A DNA stretch of 64,000 nucleotides from Phallusia mammillata (Eukaryota), in assembly GCA_965637545.1 (NCBI GenBank), contig OZ281494.1:14632001-14696000 (forward strand), in the 5' to 3' direction. Below are positions 11,033-22,133 of this stretch, one piece after another (position 1 is the stretch's first letter; each line of letters begins with the position of its first letter). Both the position numbers and the translations under genes were made by a program. The notes beneath the pieces were generated by a model that was not told where the DNA came from, ran no database searches, and saw nothing but the letters and a program-made list of their open reading frames with translations.

Positions 11033-11741
11033 TGTTACATCTCCACGTTCAGTAACGCATGATTAACTTGTCTCATTATTCCCCTGCTATGACGTTACAA
11101 TCGCCATGTGCGTAACAGTGAAATTGGAAGGTCTTTGTCTGAATGTTGCAATGATTGGTTCATTTTACTGTACAACGTGGTCGAGTGAGTGACTTTATTA
11201 CTGCATTAAGTAAATTGGTTTGTGTTGCATTTTTAGAGACGAATAAGGCTAAATTAAATATTGTGACGACTGACTAATTAATCTTCAAGTGAAGGCTGTT
11301 TACCGTGATTGTCGGTGAGTGTTTTATTTGACTTGTGACCTAAATTAATTCATGGCTTTATGTGTAACTTATGGCATGCTGTATTTTCCTGTAGTGATTG
11401 CAGCGATTGTTTCATCGTCTTGCAACTGTTGATACGTGAACTGTACCTGTTGACCTGTGTCGCAAAATAGTTGGTAAGTTAGACATTGGCATTTTTGTGC
11501 GTTGACATATGTCAATGTGTTTCGTTTTCTTGTTTAGAAAACCGTTCCCGTTTCGTTCTCAACCCTGTTTCTGTCCGTTCCTGATTGTGTACGACGTTGT
11601 GGTTGTTGCCGCTATTGTCGCTGTGGATTATTACACGAGATTCGGGAAGTGTGATTTGTGTGGGAAAGGGCGGGGCGTGTTTCAACGTGACAAACCCCTT
11701 TGTGAGGCTCAGCCTTGCAGGTCGGCCGTTCAGAGTCTACA
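11033..11741 (+). repeat. 3' LTR of BEL copy 1 (LTR2, 709 bp)
   Basis: TG...CA, preceded by the PPT; about 22 substitutions and 6 indels versus LTR1 (counted by eye). Confidence 0.97.
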
Positions 11742-11789
11742 CATGTTAACTGAAGCTTTCATGTTACTGGGTGAATCTAATTGCATATA

Positions 11790-11862
11790 TTTGCTTACGC
11801 GGCAAGAACTTTCATACAAAATATCAGAGGGGGATTTTGAGAAAAAAGGTTGAAGACCACTG
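11790..11862. repeat. Orphan hAT-type MITE end; homologous end (opposite orientation) at 48276-48370
   Basis: AGGTTGAAGACCACTG terminus and CAAGAACTTTCA segment, matched in reverse complement by CAGTGATCTTCAACCT...TGAAAGTTCTTG at 48276; partner ends not found. Confidence 0.5.
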
Positions 11863-12316
11863 GGTTAAATTTTGATGTACGTTTTTAGTTAGTCAGATAA
11901 GGGGAAACTGCACTACAGGTACAACCGATTAACAATGACTGATTTTTCACAAGAAGGATTGAAGTTGCGAGTTTATTTTCCCTGGCAAAATCGTACCAGC
12001 ACAATTGCGCTAAAATATTCACCAAGCCGAAAATAGCTGCGCAACGTTCAGACGTTAAAAGCGTGACAATTTGAGGGCACAATTGATGGATAGATGGTAC
12101 ACGCGGTGCTGGCTTCTGTCAGCGGGAAAACTTCTTGTATTACAACCGAAAAGGGCGCAGATGTGACTTTTCCCAAAAAATACACTATTTTGACTACGTG
12201 AGAAAAAACACGCCAATTGTGGTAAAAAAACACTAGTTTAATTAAGAGCTAGTATTTTGCTTAAATATAGGTTTCTATTAAAAAAACTAGTTATACCATT
12301 CTTATCGTGATTTCTT

Positions 12317-12699
12317 GTGCAAAATTTTGTTAAGTCCCAAGTCATTTTACGGTAGCTGCAGCTCTTGCTTCGGTTTTGCTTTAGATACTTCATGTGTCTT
12401 TCGTTTATACAAATGTATTGAATAATTTTCGTTGTGTCTTAGCTGCAGTTTTTTGGCAGTGATTTTTAATTAGCTCATTCCCTTTTCAGAATAGGTTAGG
12501 TCTATGTTCAGATTTTTGCCCTTCTCTTAGACTTTTGCACATTCTTTCGCTCTAGTTAGATTAGCCTAGCCATATTTTAACTTTTTGAACGATAATGCGT
12601 AATTTAACTACTTGAATTCTTCATAGGTCAAAATTTTGTCAAAAAAAAGTTTTTTAAGGTCAAAATTTTCGTTTTTTAGGTCAAAAAATAATTGCCCTA
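12317..12699. mobile_element. Truncated copy (one end) of the TAGGG-terminus hAT family seen intact at 43525-44223
   Basis: About 380 bp near-identical to 43810-44223, ending in GTCAAAAAATAATTGCCCTA; the other TIR is absent. Confidence 0.88.
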
Positions 12700-12707
12700 G
12701 TTTTAAC

Positions 12708-13007
12708 AGATAACGACTCGAAGTTTCCATTGGTCAACTCGACCACGTGACCAACACCCATGGGATCTTGGTTACCAGCAAAATTTTCGACAAACTCAAA
12801 AACGTTCAACAGGAGCCTATTTCTGTCGTCCATTTAAAAGGCGAAAAATCTGTTAACCGCAGCACGGAGCATCTGCGTTTGGAAAATTAACCATGATATC
12901 ACAGCAGGCATTAACACGTAAAGAACAGAGGAATTTTGTTCTAAAGCTGTAAAAGTATTATAGGCTAATAAAGGTAAACAGGAAGTCGAATGTCGGTCCG
13001 TCTAAAC
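12708..13007 (+). pseudogene. Decayed duplicate of the SPRTN terminal exon, 5' half
   Basis: Aligns to ~852-1200, e.g. GATAACGACTCGAAGTTTCCATTGGTCAACTC vs GATAAGGATTCGAAGTTTCCGTTGGCCAACTC; contains indels and stops. Confidence 0.88.
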
Positions 13008-13378
13008 CAGGGGTCGCCAACCTGCGGTTCCGGAGCCCCATGTGGCTCTTTGATTACACGGATGGCAAACTCGATGACCGATATGGCCCCTTCGCCATCC
13101 GTCCGTTGCTTGGCTATTACATTTCACTTGCATGCAATAACTGTATACGCAACTGAAAAAATAAAATATGAAGATGAACCCTCTGATGCGGCTCAGTTTT
13201 TGAAATTACTAAATGTTTTGAATCCACATTCTGTGCTTATTATGTCAAACACAAAGGCTAAAAAATCGCAGTACAATAACATGAGCGAACCCGCTTCTAG
13301 TAGTTATTGTTGACAATATATGGGTGTAGCGGTCATGATATTAATGTGCGCAAAGTTTATGTTTAACGTTAGCATGTT

Positions 13379-14072
13379 TGTAGACTCTGAACGGCCGACC
13401 TGCAAGGCTGAGCCTCACAAAGGGGTTTGTCACGTTGAAACACGCCCCGCCCTTTCCCACACAAATCACACTTCCCGAGTCACGTGTAATAATCCACAGC
13501 GACAACCACAATGTCGTACACAATCAGAAACGGACAGAAACAGGAATGAGAACGGAAACGGTTTTCTAAACAAGAAAACGAAACACATTGACATATGTCA
13601 ACGCACAAAAAATGCCAATGACTAACTTACCAACTATTTTGCGACACAGGTCAAAAGGTACAGTACATGTATCAACAGTTGCAAGACGATGAAACAATCG
13701 CTGCAAGCACTATAGAAAATACAGCATGCCATAAGTTACACATAAAAGCTATGAATTAATTTAGGTCACAAGTCAAATAAAACACTCACCGACAATCACG
13801 GGAAACAACCTTTACTTGAAGTTTAATTAGTCAGTCGTCACAATATTTAATTTAGCCTTATTCGTCTCTAAAAACGCAACACAAACGAATTTACTTAAAG
13901 CAGTAATAAAGTCTACTCACTCGACCACGTTATACAGTAAAATGAACCAATCATTGCAACATTCAGACAAAGGCCTTCCAATTTTACTGTTACGCACATG
14001 GCGATTGTAACGTCATAGCAGGGGAATAATGAGACAAGTTAATCATGCGTTACTGAACGTGGAGATGTAACA
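13379..14072 (-). repeat. 3' LTR of BEL copy 2 (LTR3, 694 bp)
   Basis: Reverse complement of LTR1 with a single difference seen (LTR1 position 6464). Confidence 0.97.
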
Positions 14073-14164
14073 TAACCCCACCTAAATGTATGACCCGGGT
14101 AAATACATTTCACACACAAACAAACATCGAACGTTCAACGAAATTCAATAAACAAAACAGCACA

Positions 14165-17100
14165 CTAATCATCGCTTTCAGAGGCGACAATCAAGCAAAG
14201 TTTTGCAATCGGTCGTTTGACACGATTGTATCGCGTCTGCACAAGCACCGAGCGTACAGTTCCCGTTTTATCGGGATATGTATCCGCAACGCGACCCATC
14301 AACCACTTGGAGCGTGGTTGTGAATCATCCACGACGAGAACCACATCGTTGATCTGGAGATCTCTCCTCTTCTGGAACCACTTCTGCCTGGAAATGATGT
14401 TCGGTAGATATTCGCGAACCCAGCGGATCCAAAATTGATTCGCCAAGTACTGCACTTGCGCGCCGCACGTAACAGTCCTTTTTGTCGAACAAGCCAGGAG
14501 GCAATTTTGAGTTGCATCTCATGAGCAAGAGATGATTGGGTGTGATCGGCTCATCATTGCGGGGATCAAAGGTGACAGGAACAAGAGGACGCGAGTTGAG
14601 TATTGACTCAACTTCAACAAAATGCGTTGACAATGTTTCGTCGGAAATAACTTGCTGTGTCATCAGAGACGTCAGAATTCGCCGGATGGAGCGCACCATT
14701 CGTTCCCACGCACCTCCCATATGACTGGCTGTTGGGGGATTGAACGACCAACGAATTCCGCTTTGTTTCAAGTACTCCTCAATGTGTACTTGGTTCCAAG
14801 ACTGCAGAGACTCTCTCAGTATCCGTTCTGCACCCACAAAGTTCGTCCCATTGTCGGAATATATATTCACAGGATTTCCACGCCGACCAATGAAACGACG
14901 AAGCGCGTCGATGAACGAGTCTGTAGATAGGCTGTGGGCAACTTCGATACGGACAGCTCGAATCGATAGGCAGGTAAACACTGCTCCATACCGTTTCACG
15001 ATGCTCCGTCCCTGCTTAACTGGAAAGGGACCGAAATAATCCACCCCTACGTGTGAAAACGGGGGCTCGTCTGGATGCAATCTCGCTGAAGGAAGGTCTG
15101 CCATCCTCTGTACTCCAGCAGAAGCATTTTGTCTCTTGCAGAACAGGCAATTCCCAATCACTCGGCGTACGGCTACTCCACCTTTAAGTATCCAAAACCT
15201 TTGGCGCAGCGACGACCAAGTGTGGCCCATCCCAGAATGTCCGACAAGACGATGATGTCTCTCGATAACCAAGTCAGTAAAATGACACGAATGTGGTAAC
15301 AGAATCGGATGTTTGGCATCGTACGGAATAAAAGCCTTTTCTAATCGACCACCAACTCGAAGCACGGAGTCAACAACAATCGGGTTCAGTTTGAACATGT
15401 GACGTTTCACAGAGGTCTTCGAAAGAGAACCCTTCTCCAACGCAATAAGCTCGAAGCTAAAATGCTTTCGCTGCACAAATTTGATCAACTTCAGTTCGGC
15501 AGCATTTAATTCTTCAACAGATAATGATCCACGATTATCCACCACAGCTTTGTCACGCCGAACACGCGACAGTGAAAATTTCTTATATCGTAGCAGCCAT
15601 GCGATACTCTTTTTCAAACGATGCAACGAAGAGTACCGATGGATGGTCCTCTAAACAATGGACTGCTTCTCTACAACCATATGTATGGAGACTTCCTGCT
15701 TTTTTACGGGACTGAACTCAGCAGGTAAGTCGGGTAAAACAATCGGACTCGCAGGCCAGTGATCCTCAGACTCCAACAAAAACTGCGGACCGCGCAACCA
15801 GCGGCCAGTCGTCACTAACGCTTCGGACGTCAACCCACGTCACGCCTCGTCCGCCGGATTGAGTTTTAAAGGAACATGTCTCCAGCTTGAAGGATCGCTT
15901 TGCCTTTCAATCTTTGCAATTCGATTAGCAACGAACGTAGGGAATCTTTTCTTCGAATTCCTGATGCTCTGTAGGACGGCAGTGGAGTCTGTCCAGAACA
16001 CAGACCGATGCACCGGTAGGCCAAGCTCTCGTCGCATCATTTCATCTAGCTTCACGGATAAAACTGCCGCTGTCAGTTCCAGTCTTGGAATTGACACTGT
16101 TTTCAGCGGCGCTAGTCGACACTTGCCAACAAGAAACACGCAATGAACACGCGAATCGACGTCGACCATCCTCAAATAACACACGGCTCCGTAGGCCACG
16201 GAGGAGGCATCTGCAAAGTGGTGTAACTCCCAACTTTGCACATCGCCGAAATCATCGGGCTTAAAACAACGAGGAAGACACAGGTCATGAAGCTTCGGTA
16301 AACGCCCAAGCCATTCTCTCCACTGTGCTGCTTCCGATTCCAAAATGCAATCATCCCAGCCAACTCCTCGTTTGCACAGACCCTGGAGTAACAATTTGGC
16401 TCCAAGCGTGCACGGTGCAACGAATCCAAGGGGGTCGTACAGTGAACTCAATGCAGAAAGAAGTCCTCTTCGAGTCCTTGTCGTTTCAGGAAGGTTGACC
16501 TTAAATCCAAACGTATCTTCATGCACGTCCCAGTGGACACCAAGCACTCTCTCTGTGACGTCATTACTCAAGCTTTTGTTTCGTATTGCCTTTGACTTCT
16601 CTTCTTCAGGAATTTTTGACAGAATATTCTGGTTGTTACTGAGCCATTTAGTCAAGTGGAATCCTCCAAAATCTCTTTGGTCATTTGAATTCCTTCCTCT
16701 GTAGATGCAACTGAGGTCAAGCAGTCATCCACGTAAAAATTCCTTTTGACCACCGAAGACGCTTGTGCATTGAAATCTTGACCAAAATCTAAGGCTGTTT
16801 GCTTCAAGCAAAAACTCGCGCAACTAGGGGATGAAGTCGCCCCGAACAGGTGCACAGTCATTTGATGCGCTGTTGGTTCATTTGTCAAATCCCCTCCTGG
16901 CCACCACAGAAACCGCAAGGCGTCCCTGTCCTTGGGGGTAACACGAATCTGGTGGAACATCGATTCTATATCAGCCACCAAAGCGTACCGCTCTTTACGA
17001 AATCGAGTCAAAACACCCACCAAACTGTTTACGAGATCCGGGCCCTGCATCAGCATATCATTGAGAGAAACGCCCTTGTGCTTTGCAGCGCAATCAAAAA

Positions 17101-19899
17101 CTACACGAACCTTGTCTGGCTTACGGGGATGAAGTACAGGATGGTGTGGTAAATACCAGCAAACACCATCAACCGATTCGATTTCTTCTCGAGGTATCTC
17201 TCTTGCGTACCCTTTTTCGAGGTAGGACTGCATTGTGCTCACGTACTTTTCCTTCAGTGAGTGATCTTTTTCTAGGCGTCGCTTCAAATACGTTAGCCGT
17301 CTTTCTGCCATCGGCTTGTTTTCTGGCAAACAAGCAGAGCTTTCTCTCCACAGCAACGGCAGCTCGTAGTGACCTTCCACCATTTTCACGTCCTTTTGCA
17401 TAAAATCATGCGCCTTTCTATCTTCGCGCGACGTGGGGAAATCAAGAACAGCAGTTTCGTCACCGAAATCCGTCTCCCACAGACTAGAGATTTGCTTCTG
17501 TAAACAGCTGTCTCTTGACTTCACGAAGTTCACCTGGTACCTCGATGATGCAGACGTAAAGAGTGAAGGACCAAATAGTGTCCATCCAAAAGGTGTCTTG
17601 ACTGCAAACGGTTTCCCTTTTGGACCACGACGCATCTCCTCAATGAACAAGGGGTCGGGGTTATCCAGACCAATCAGCAATGTTACCGTTCCTTTCTCGA
17701 TTAACGGAAAATCCAAGTCACGTAAATGTGGGGCACCCCTTAATGCTTCTTTGCTAAGAATCGGATTAGGACGAACGGGGATTTCACCAACGGTTATTAC
17801 TTTAGTAAGAAATATATCATCTCCGCCACCTACTGGAGAAACAGAGAAACTCACTGAAACTGCCGTATGCTCTTTGGCTTCATCGGTCAGTGTTTGCAAA
17901 ACAATCTCTTTAGTTTCACCTTTCATGCCCAGAGCTTCAATCAACTTTCGGTTACAGAAAGTTCCGGTAGAGCCGATATCTAAAAATGCGTAAGTAAAAA
18001 CCTTCCGTCCTTCGTATTTAACCTCGACCGGTACGACGCACTGGTACACGTCATCGTAACCACATTCGCCGGGCGTTGTCACCGAACATGAAGCGACCTT
18101 TTGCGGTTCAGCTGGTGTCGCTGGTGACTCTGGCTTTGCGACTGGAGCAGGCCTATGCAGCAATGTGTGGTGATAGTGACTCGAACAGTCGTTTTCTTCG
18201 CAGGCAGTTCTCGCCTTGCATCGTCTAACACGGTGACCTGGAGTAAGGCATCTGAAGCACAATCTCTTACGACTGACAAATTCCACATGTTCGGAGTACG
18301 TTTTACGTTTAAACTCAAAGCACCTAGGCAAATCGTGAGCCTTGCCACAGAACAGACACGTAGCGAAAGTAGTCGGCCTCTCTGTCGGACGCTGTCGAAC
18401 TTCTACTGGGTTCACAACGTACGCAGACTCTCTTGGCTTTCTTATCGGTGGACCAGGATCCTTGTCTCGCCTAGAACCCATAATCCTACTTCCGTAGAGG
18501 GAATTTTCCACCTCAGCACGCTCCGAAACAAACTGAACAAATTGTCTAAACCCAGCTTCACGATTGGTGCGATGTAGCACTTCCACTGATCGCTCGATCC
18601 ATTTTTCCTGCAAGCGATAGGGCAACTTGTCAATAAGCTGTAGCATGGTGTCAAGGGAATTAAGACCGGCATATTCATCAATATCCTCTAGTGTAGTGAG
18701 ACATTTTTCCAGCAGATCTGCAAACTGCATCAGTCGTTCCGGTTGATCTCCTTTCAAGCGAGGACTCTTCTTCAAATGCTGCTCACAGGCATTTGCGATA
18801 ATGTGCGGCTGTCCGTACTCATGAAAAAGCTTTTGACGTGCCTGTCGGTAACCCTCGACTGGCCTGTTCGTCAAGTGATCAATTTTAGGTCGCACTCTGT
18901 CGTCACAATGTTGCAGCAGATAAACCAAACGCAAATCGTCAGAGTGAACTTTAGTGGCAACGTGCGCTTCAAAGTTGCGAATGAACGTCCAGTATTCCAT
19001 TGGATCGCCGTTAAATGACATTATCTTCGGACGCGGTAGAAAACGCTCATCTGAGCTGTAACGAGGTTCCTGCGCTACTATGGGATTATTCCTATTTTGA
19101 CAATCGTATTGCGGAGTAGCATAGATAGGAGGCTGATGACTTACTTTAGGCAGCTCCTGCCTATCACAACGCGGTACAGGTTTTGGACATTCGTTGACCG
19201 TTTGTACAAAAGGCCTCTCTACGGTTGGCGGACAAACGAATTCCGCTTCAAATTTACCTTCCCATCCGCGAGCTTCGATTTCGGATAATTCGGCTTGACG
19301 TTGTACCTCGCGAATTTCGGCGTCGGCAGCCAACTGGCGCTCTGTCTCGCGCAAGTTTTGTTCTTCATTACGCAAAATTTGTTCCTCATCCCGCAACTTA
19401 TGTTCTCCATCACGCAATTTTCGTCGCTCATTCTCTTCCTCCTGTCTTTCTTTGGCCTGACGAAGTTTTGCGCGAGCCATCTCAAACTTAATTCGTGCTT
19501 CAGTTCTGCGGACGCTGGAACTCGTACTCGCAGAAGTAGGGCAACTAGAAGTGCAACTTTTTGTCGACTTTTTTTAACCAACCGGTGGCGGCAGGGACGT
19601 AGAATGCTGGGCCTTTTCAATCCATTCAGCAACCCTGGCATCGAACTCAGTCTTCTCCTCAGCGTATCGCTTTAACAAATCCTCATCAAGATCTTCGATC
19701 CATTTTCAGACAAATTTGAAGTTATATGCTCCACAAGAAGTTGGTATCTTCCATCGACAATTCGCACCGACGAATGCACACAAACCAAGTTTTTGGGACT
19801 GACCATTAATCGTTCCGTTCGGGTGTAGGCTTCTTGCAATGAACGTTGCAGTTTGACGAGCTGTTCACCCTTATCCTCTTCAATCATGTCGGCAATCAT
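14165..19899 (-). pseudogene. BEL gag-pol of copy 2, frameshifted
   Basis: Three BEL Gag Cys-His motifs (CLFCGKAHDLPRC, CFRCLTPGHRVRRC, CEENDCSSHYHHTLLH); protease YAFLDIGSTGTF; RT YVDD; RNaseH; IN; DUF5641-type tail. Frame breaks near 19690, 16670, 15840 and 14455. Confidence 0.94.
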
Positions 19900-19971
19900 T
19901 TTTCTTCACTGAGCGAACGAGCAACGGTTGAAAACTTCTTTTTCAACCAGCAACAGTTGAAAACTTCTTTA

Positions 19972-20674
19972 TGTAGACTCTGAACGGCCGACCTGCAAGG
20001 CTAAGCCTCACAAAGGGGTTTGTCACGTTGAAACACGCCCCGCCCTTTCCCACACAAATCACCCTTCCCGAGTCACGTGTAATAATCCACAGCGACAACA
20101 ACCACAATGTCGTACACAATCAGGAACGGACAGAAACAGGAATGAGAACGGAAACGGGAACGGTTTTCTAAACAAGAAAACGAAACACATTGACATATGT
20201 CAACGCACAAAAAATGCCAATGACTAACTTACCAACTATTTTGCGACACAGGTCAACAGGTACAGTACATGTATCAACAGTTGCAAGACGATGAAACAAT
20301 CGCTGCAAGCACTATAGAAAATACAGCATGCCATAAGTTACACATAAAAGCTATGAATTAATTTAGGTCACAAGTCAAATAAAACACTCACCGACAATCA
20401 CGGGAAACAACCTTTACTTGAAGTTTAATTAGTCAGTCGTCACAACATTTAATTTAGCCTTATTCGTCTCTAAAAACGCAACACAAACCAATTTACTTAA
20501 AGCAGTAATAAAGTCTACTCACTCGACCACGTTATACAGCAAAATGAACCAATCATTGCAACATTCAGACAAAGGCCTTCCAATTTTACTGTTACGCACA
20601 TGGCGATTGTAACGTCATAGCAGGGGAATAATGAGACAAGTTAATCATGCGTAACTGAACGTGAAGATGTAACA
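19972..20674 (-). repeat. 5' LTR of BEL copy 2 (LTR4, 703 bp)
   Basis: About 9 substitutions and 2 indels versus LTR3 (counted by eye). Confidence 0.97.
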
Positions 20675-20967
20675 TGTTGTTTGCAATAATGTTGCACAGC
20701 ATGTAGGGGAAGTGTTTAACCTCTTTATAATAGGATGTAAGTGTTGGTATTTCCGTTCTCATGCAAGTCATAAGATATTTTGAGTCATTTGGTTATTCTA
20801 GAATGTTCTGCAGAAACATAAGGTGTTCGTTTATCATTACGCATACTTCCTCTTGTTTGTACTGTCGCTTCCGTTTCAAGTAGAACACAGCCGCTCGTTC
20901 TTGAGAATAAGCATAGCAGCTCGGTTAGAGGGCGCTATGACATTATAAATCGCACCTTTGCCATAAG

Positions 20968-21062
20968 GGCAGGAACTTGGCCGAATGGACTGGCGCGCCT
21001 GACCCATGTACAGACACAAAAAAACCGGGATAGTCCTGGGTTCGAACCCCGTGAAAAAAAAT
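20968..21062 (+). repeat. tRNA-derived (SINE-head-like) segment with Pol III A and B boxes
   Basis: A box TGGCCGAATGG (20978), B box GGTTCGAACCC (21039), followed by an A-run; no intact cloverleaf. Confidence 0.5.
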
Positions 21063-21907
21063 CGATAACTTAAGGTAAAAAAGGTTTACTGTAAAACCAA
21101 GTTTTCGCATATAAATAAATAGCTTGTTTTCGACTTTGTCGCCGGTCTGTTCTTAGACTATTTTTTAGTCTTCTAGTAGTCTATTTTTCTCCCTTTGGGG
21201 ATGTGGAAGCTGATTTAATCGTTCGCCATTGAAACGTTTACTCAAGAATACAAAGAAATAAGAGACACTCGGTGGGGCTGTTAATCAGTCAGCTGTTATT
21301 GAGATGCAAAGGTCAGACTCAACAGATTTATTAACCCATTAAAAATAACGAAACAGTCCGAACTAATTATTGCTACTAAAAGAAAAAAACGTGCAGAGTG
21401 CTTAGTCAAGTGGCCTGGCCTCTGATTGCCGTTAAATACTTAGCGTTTGTCTGTTTGTTCTGTTGTACTTTAATGTATTTGTCTTTCTTCGTGTCTTAGT
21501 TATCGCAATAAAAAAAAAGGATCAGACTCACCAAACAATTTGCAATGAACATTATAGTTTACACTGTAGCCGCACTTTACAAGTCGTCATCGAGGCAGGC
21601 ATGGGTACATGGGTACGTAAAAAAGAAATAAAAATCAGCGTTTAAAGAAAACAGAACATTTAATGCTCCGTGGGGAGATTCATTGCTTTTACTGCTGACG
21701 AGACCGGTTTGCCAAGTGTGTCTAAGATGCAAGAAACTGCTTAAAACAACAAAACTCGAATGTCGTGAGACCAAAAAAAACGTTTTTGAAGTGGCACGTT
21801 ATTTCAAATTTTGAAACGTCTTTGTGTCTCCAGCGTTGTTTTTTTTCTGTGTAAAAATGGTCCAAGTGGTCTTAGCGTGGTAAGGGTTGGCAACCCCTGG
21901 TCTAAAC

Positions 21908-22133
21908 GTCTTTAAAATCCGAAATCAGAAGACAGTAACGAGTGTGCACCGCAGACAGAACGCAAACCTGTTTGGAAGTATTTTGAACAATTGCGAAGAA
22001 ACTGGCACCGCGACAAAGCACATACGTCCAGTGCTATCAAGCCACAAGCAAATCTGAAGGATAGCAAAAAAACGACTTCCTTGCCTATACGTTTGGCGGA
22101 ATAAACAAAAACGTGTAATTGCCCTATATGCAA
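21908..22133 (+). pseudogene. Decayed duplicate of the SPRTN terminal exon, 3' half
   Basis: Aligns to ~1201-1430 (GCACATACGTCCAGTGCTATCAAGCCAC identical) and ~1600-1625 (first UBZ cysteines, TCNCPIC), with internal deletions. Confidence 0.88.

Larger units (their letters stand above)
6377..11741 (+). mobile_element. BEL/Pao LTR retrotransposon copy 1 (5.4 kb, internally deleted, non-autonomous)
   Basis: TG...CA LTRs at 6377-7070 and 11033-11741; 5-bp TSD CATGT (6372-6376, 11742-11746); PPT TAGGTGGGGG before the 3' LTR; domain order gag-RT-RNaseH-IN. Confidence 0.97.
13379..20674 (-). mobile_element. BEL/Pao LTR retrotransposon copy 2 (7.3 kb, full length but frameshifted)
   Basis: 5' LTR 19972-20674 and 3' LTR 13379-14072 (- strand); PPT at 14073-14084; flanking direct repeat TGTT (13375-13378, 20675-20678); complete gag-PR-RT-RH-IN order. 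Confidence 0.97.
13008..21899. mobile_element. hAT (Charlie-like) non-autonomous element, 8.9 kb including a nested BEL element
   Basis: TIRs CAGGGGTCGCCAACC / GGTTGGCAACCCCTG (14/15); perfect 8-bp TSD GTCTAAAC at 13000-13007 and 21900-21907; the flanks rejoin into continuous SPRTN-exon homology. Confidence 0.92.

Noticed and set aside
11742-13378. Inversion between the two BEL copies as the cause of LTR1-LTR3 identity
   Set aside because: The TSD of copy 1 still pairs correctly, and both halves of the SPRTN pseudo-exon and the hAT TIRs are collinear, so the spacer is not inverted.
7252-19675. Numerous 60-180 aa ORFs overlapping or antisense to BEL gag-pol
   Set aside because: Shadow frames of the retrotransposon coding sequence, duplicated between the two copies; no independent domain motifs.
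20968-21062. Functional tRNA gene
   Set aside because: A and B boxes are present but the acceptor and anticodon stems cannot be paired; treated as SINE-like.
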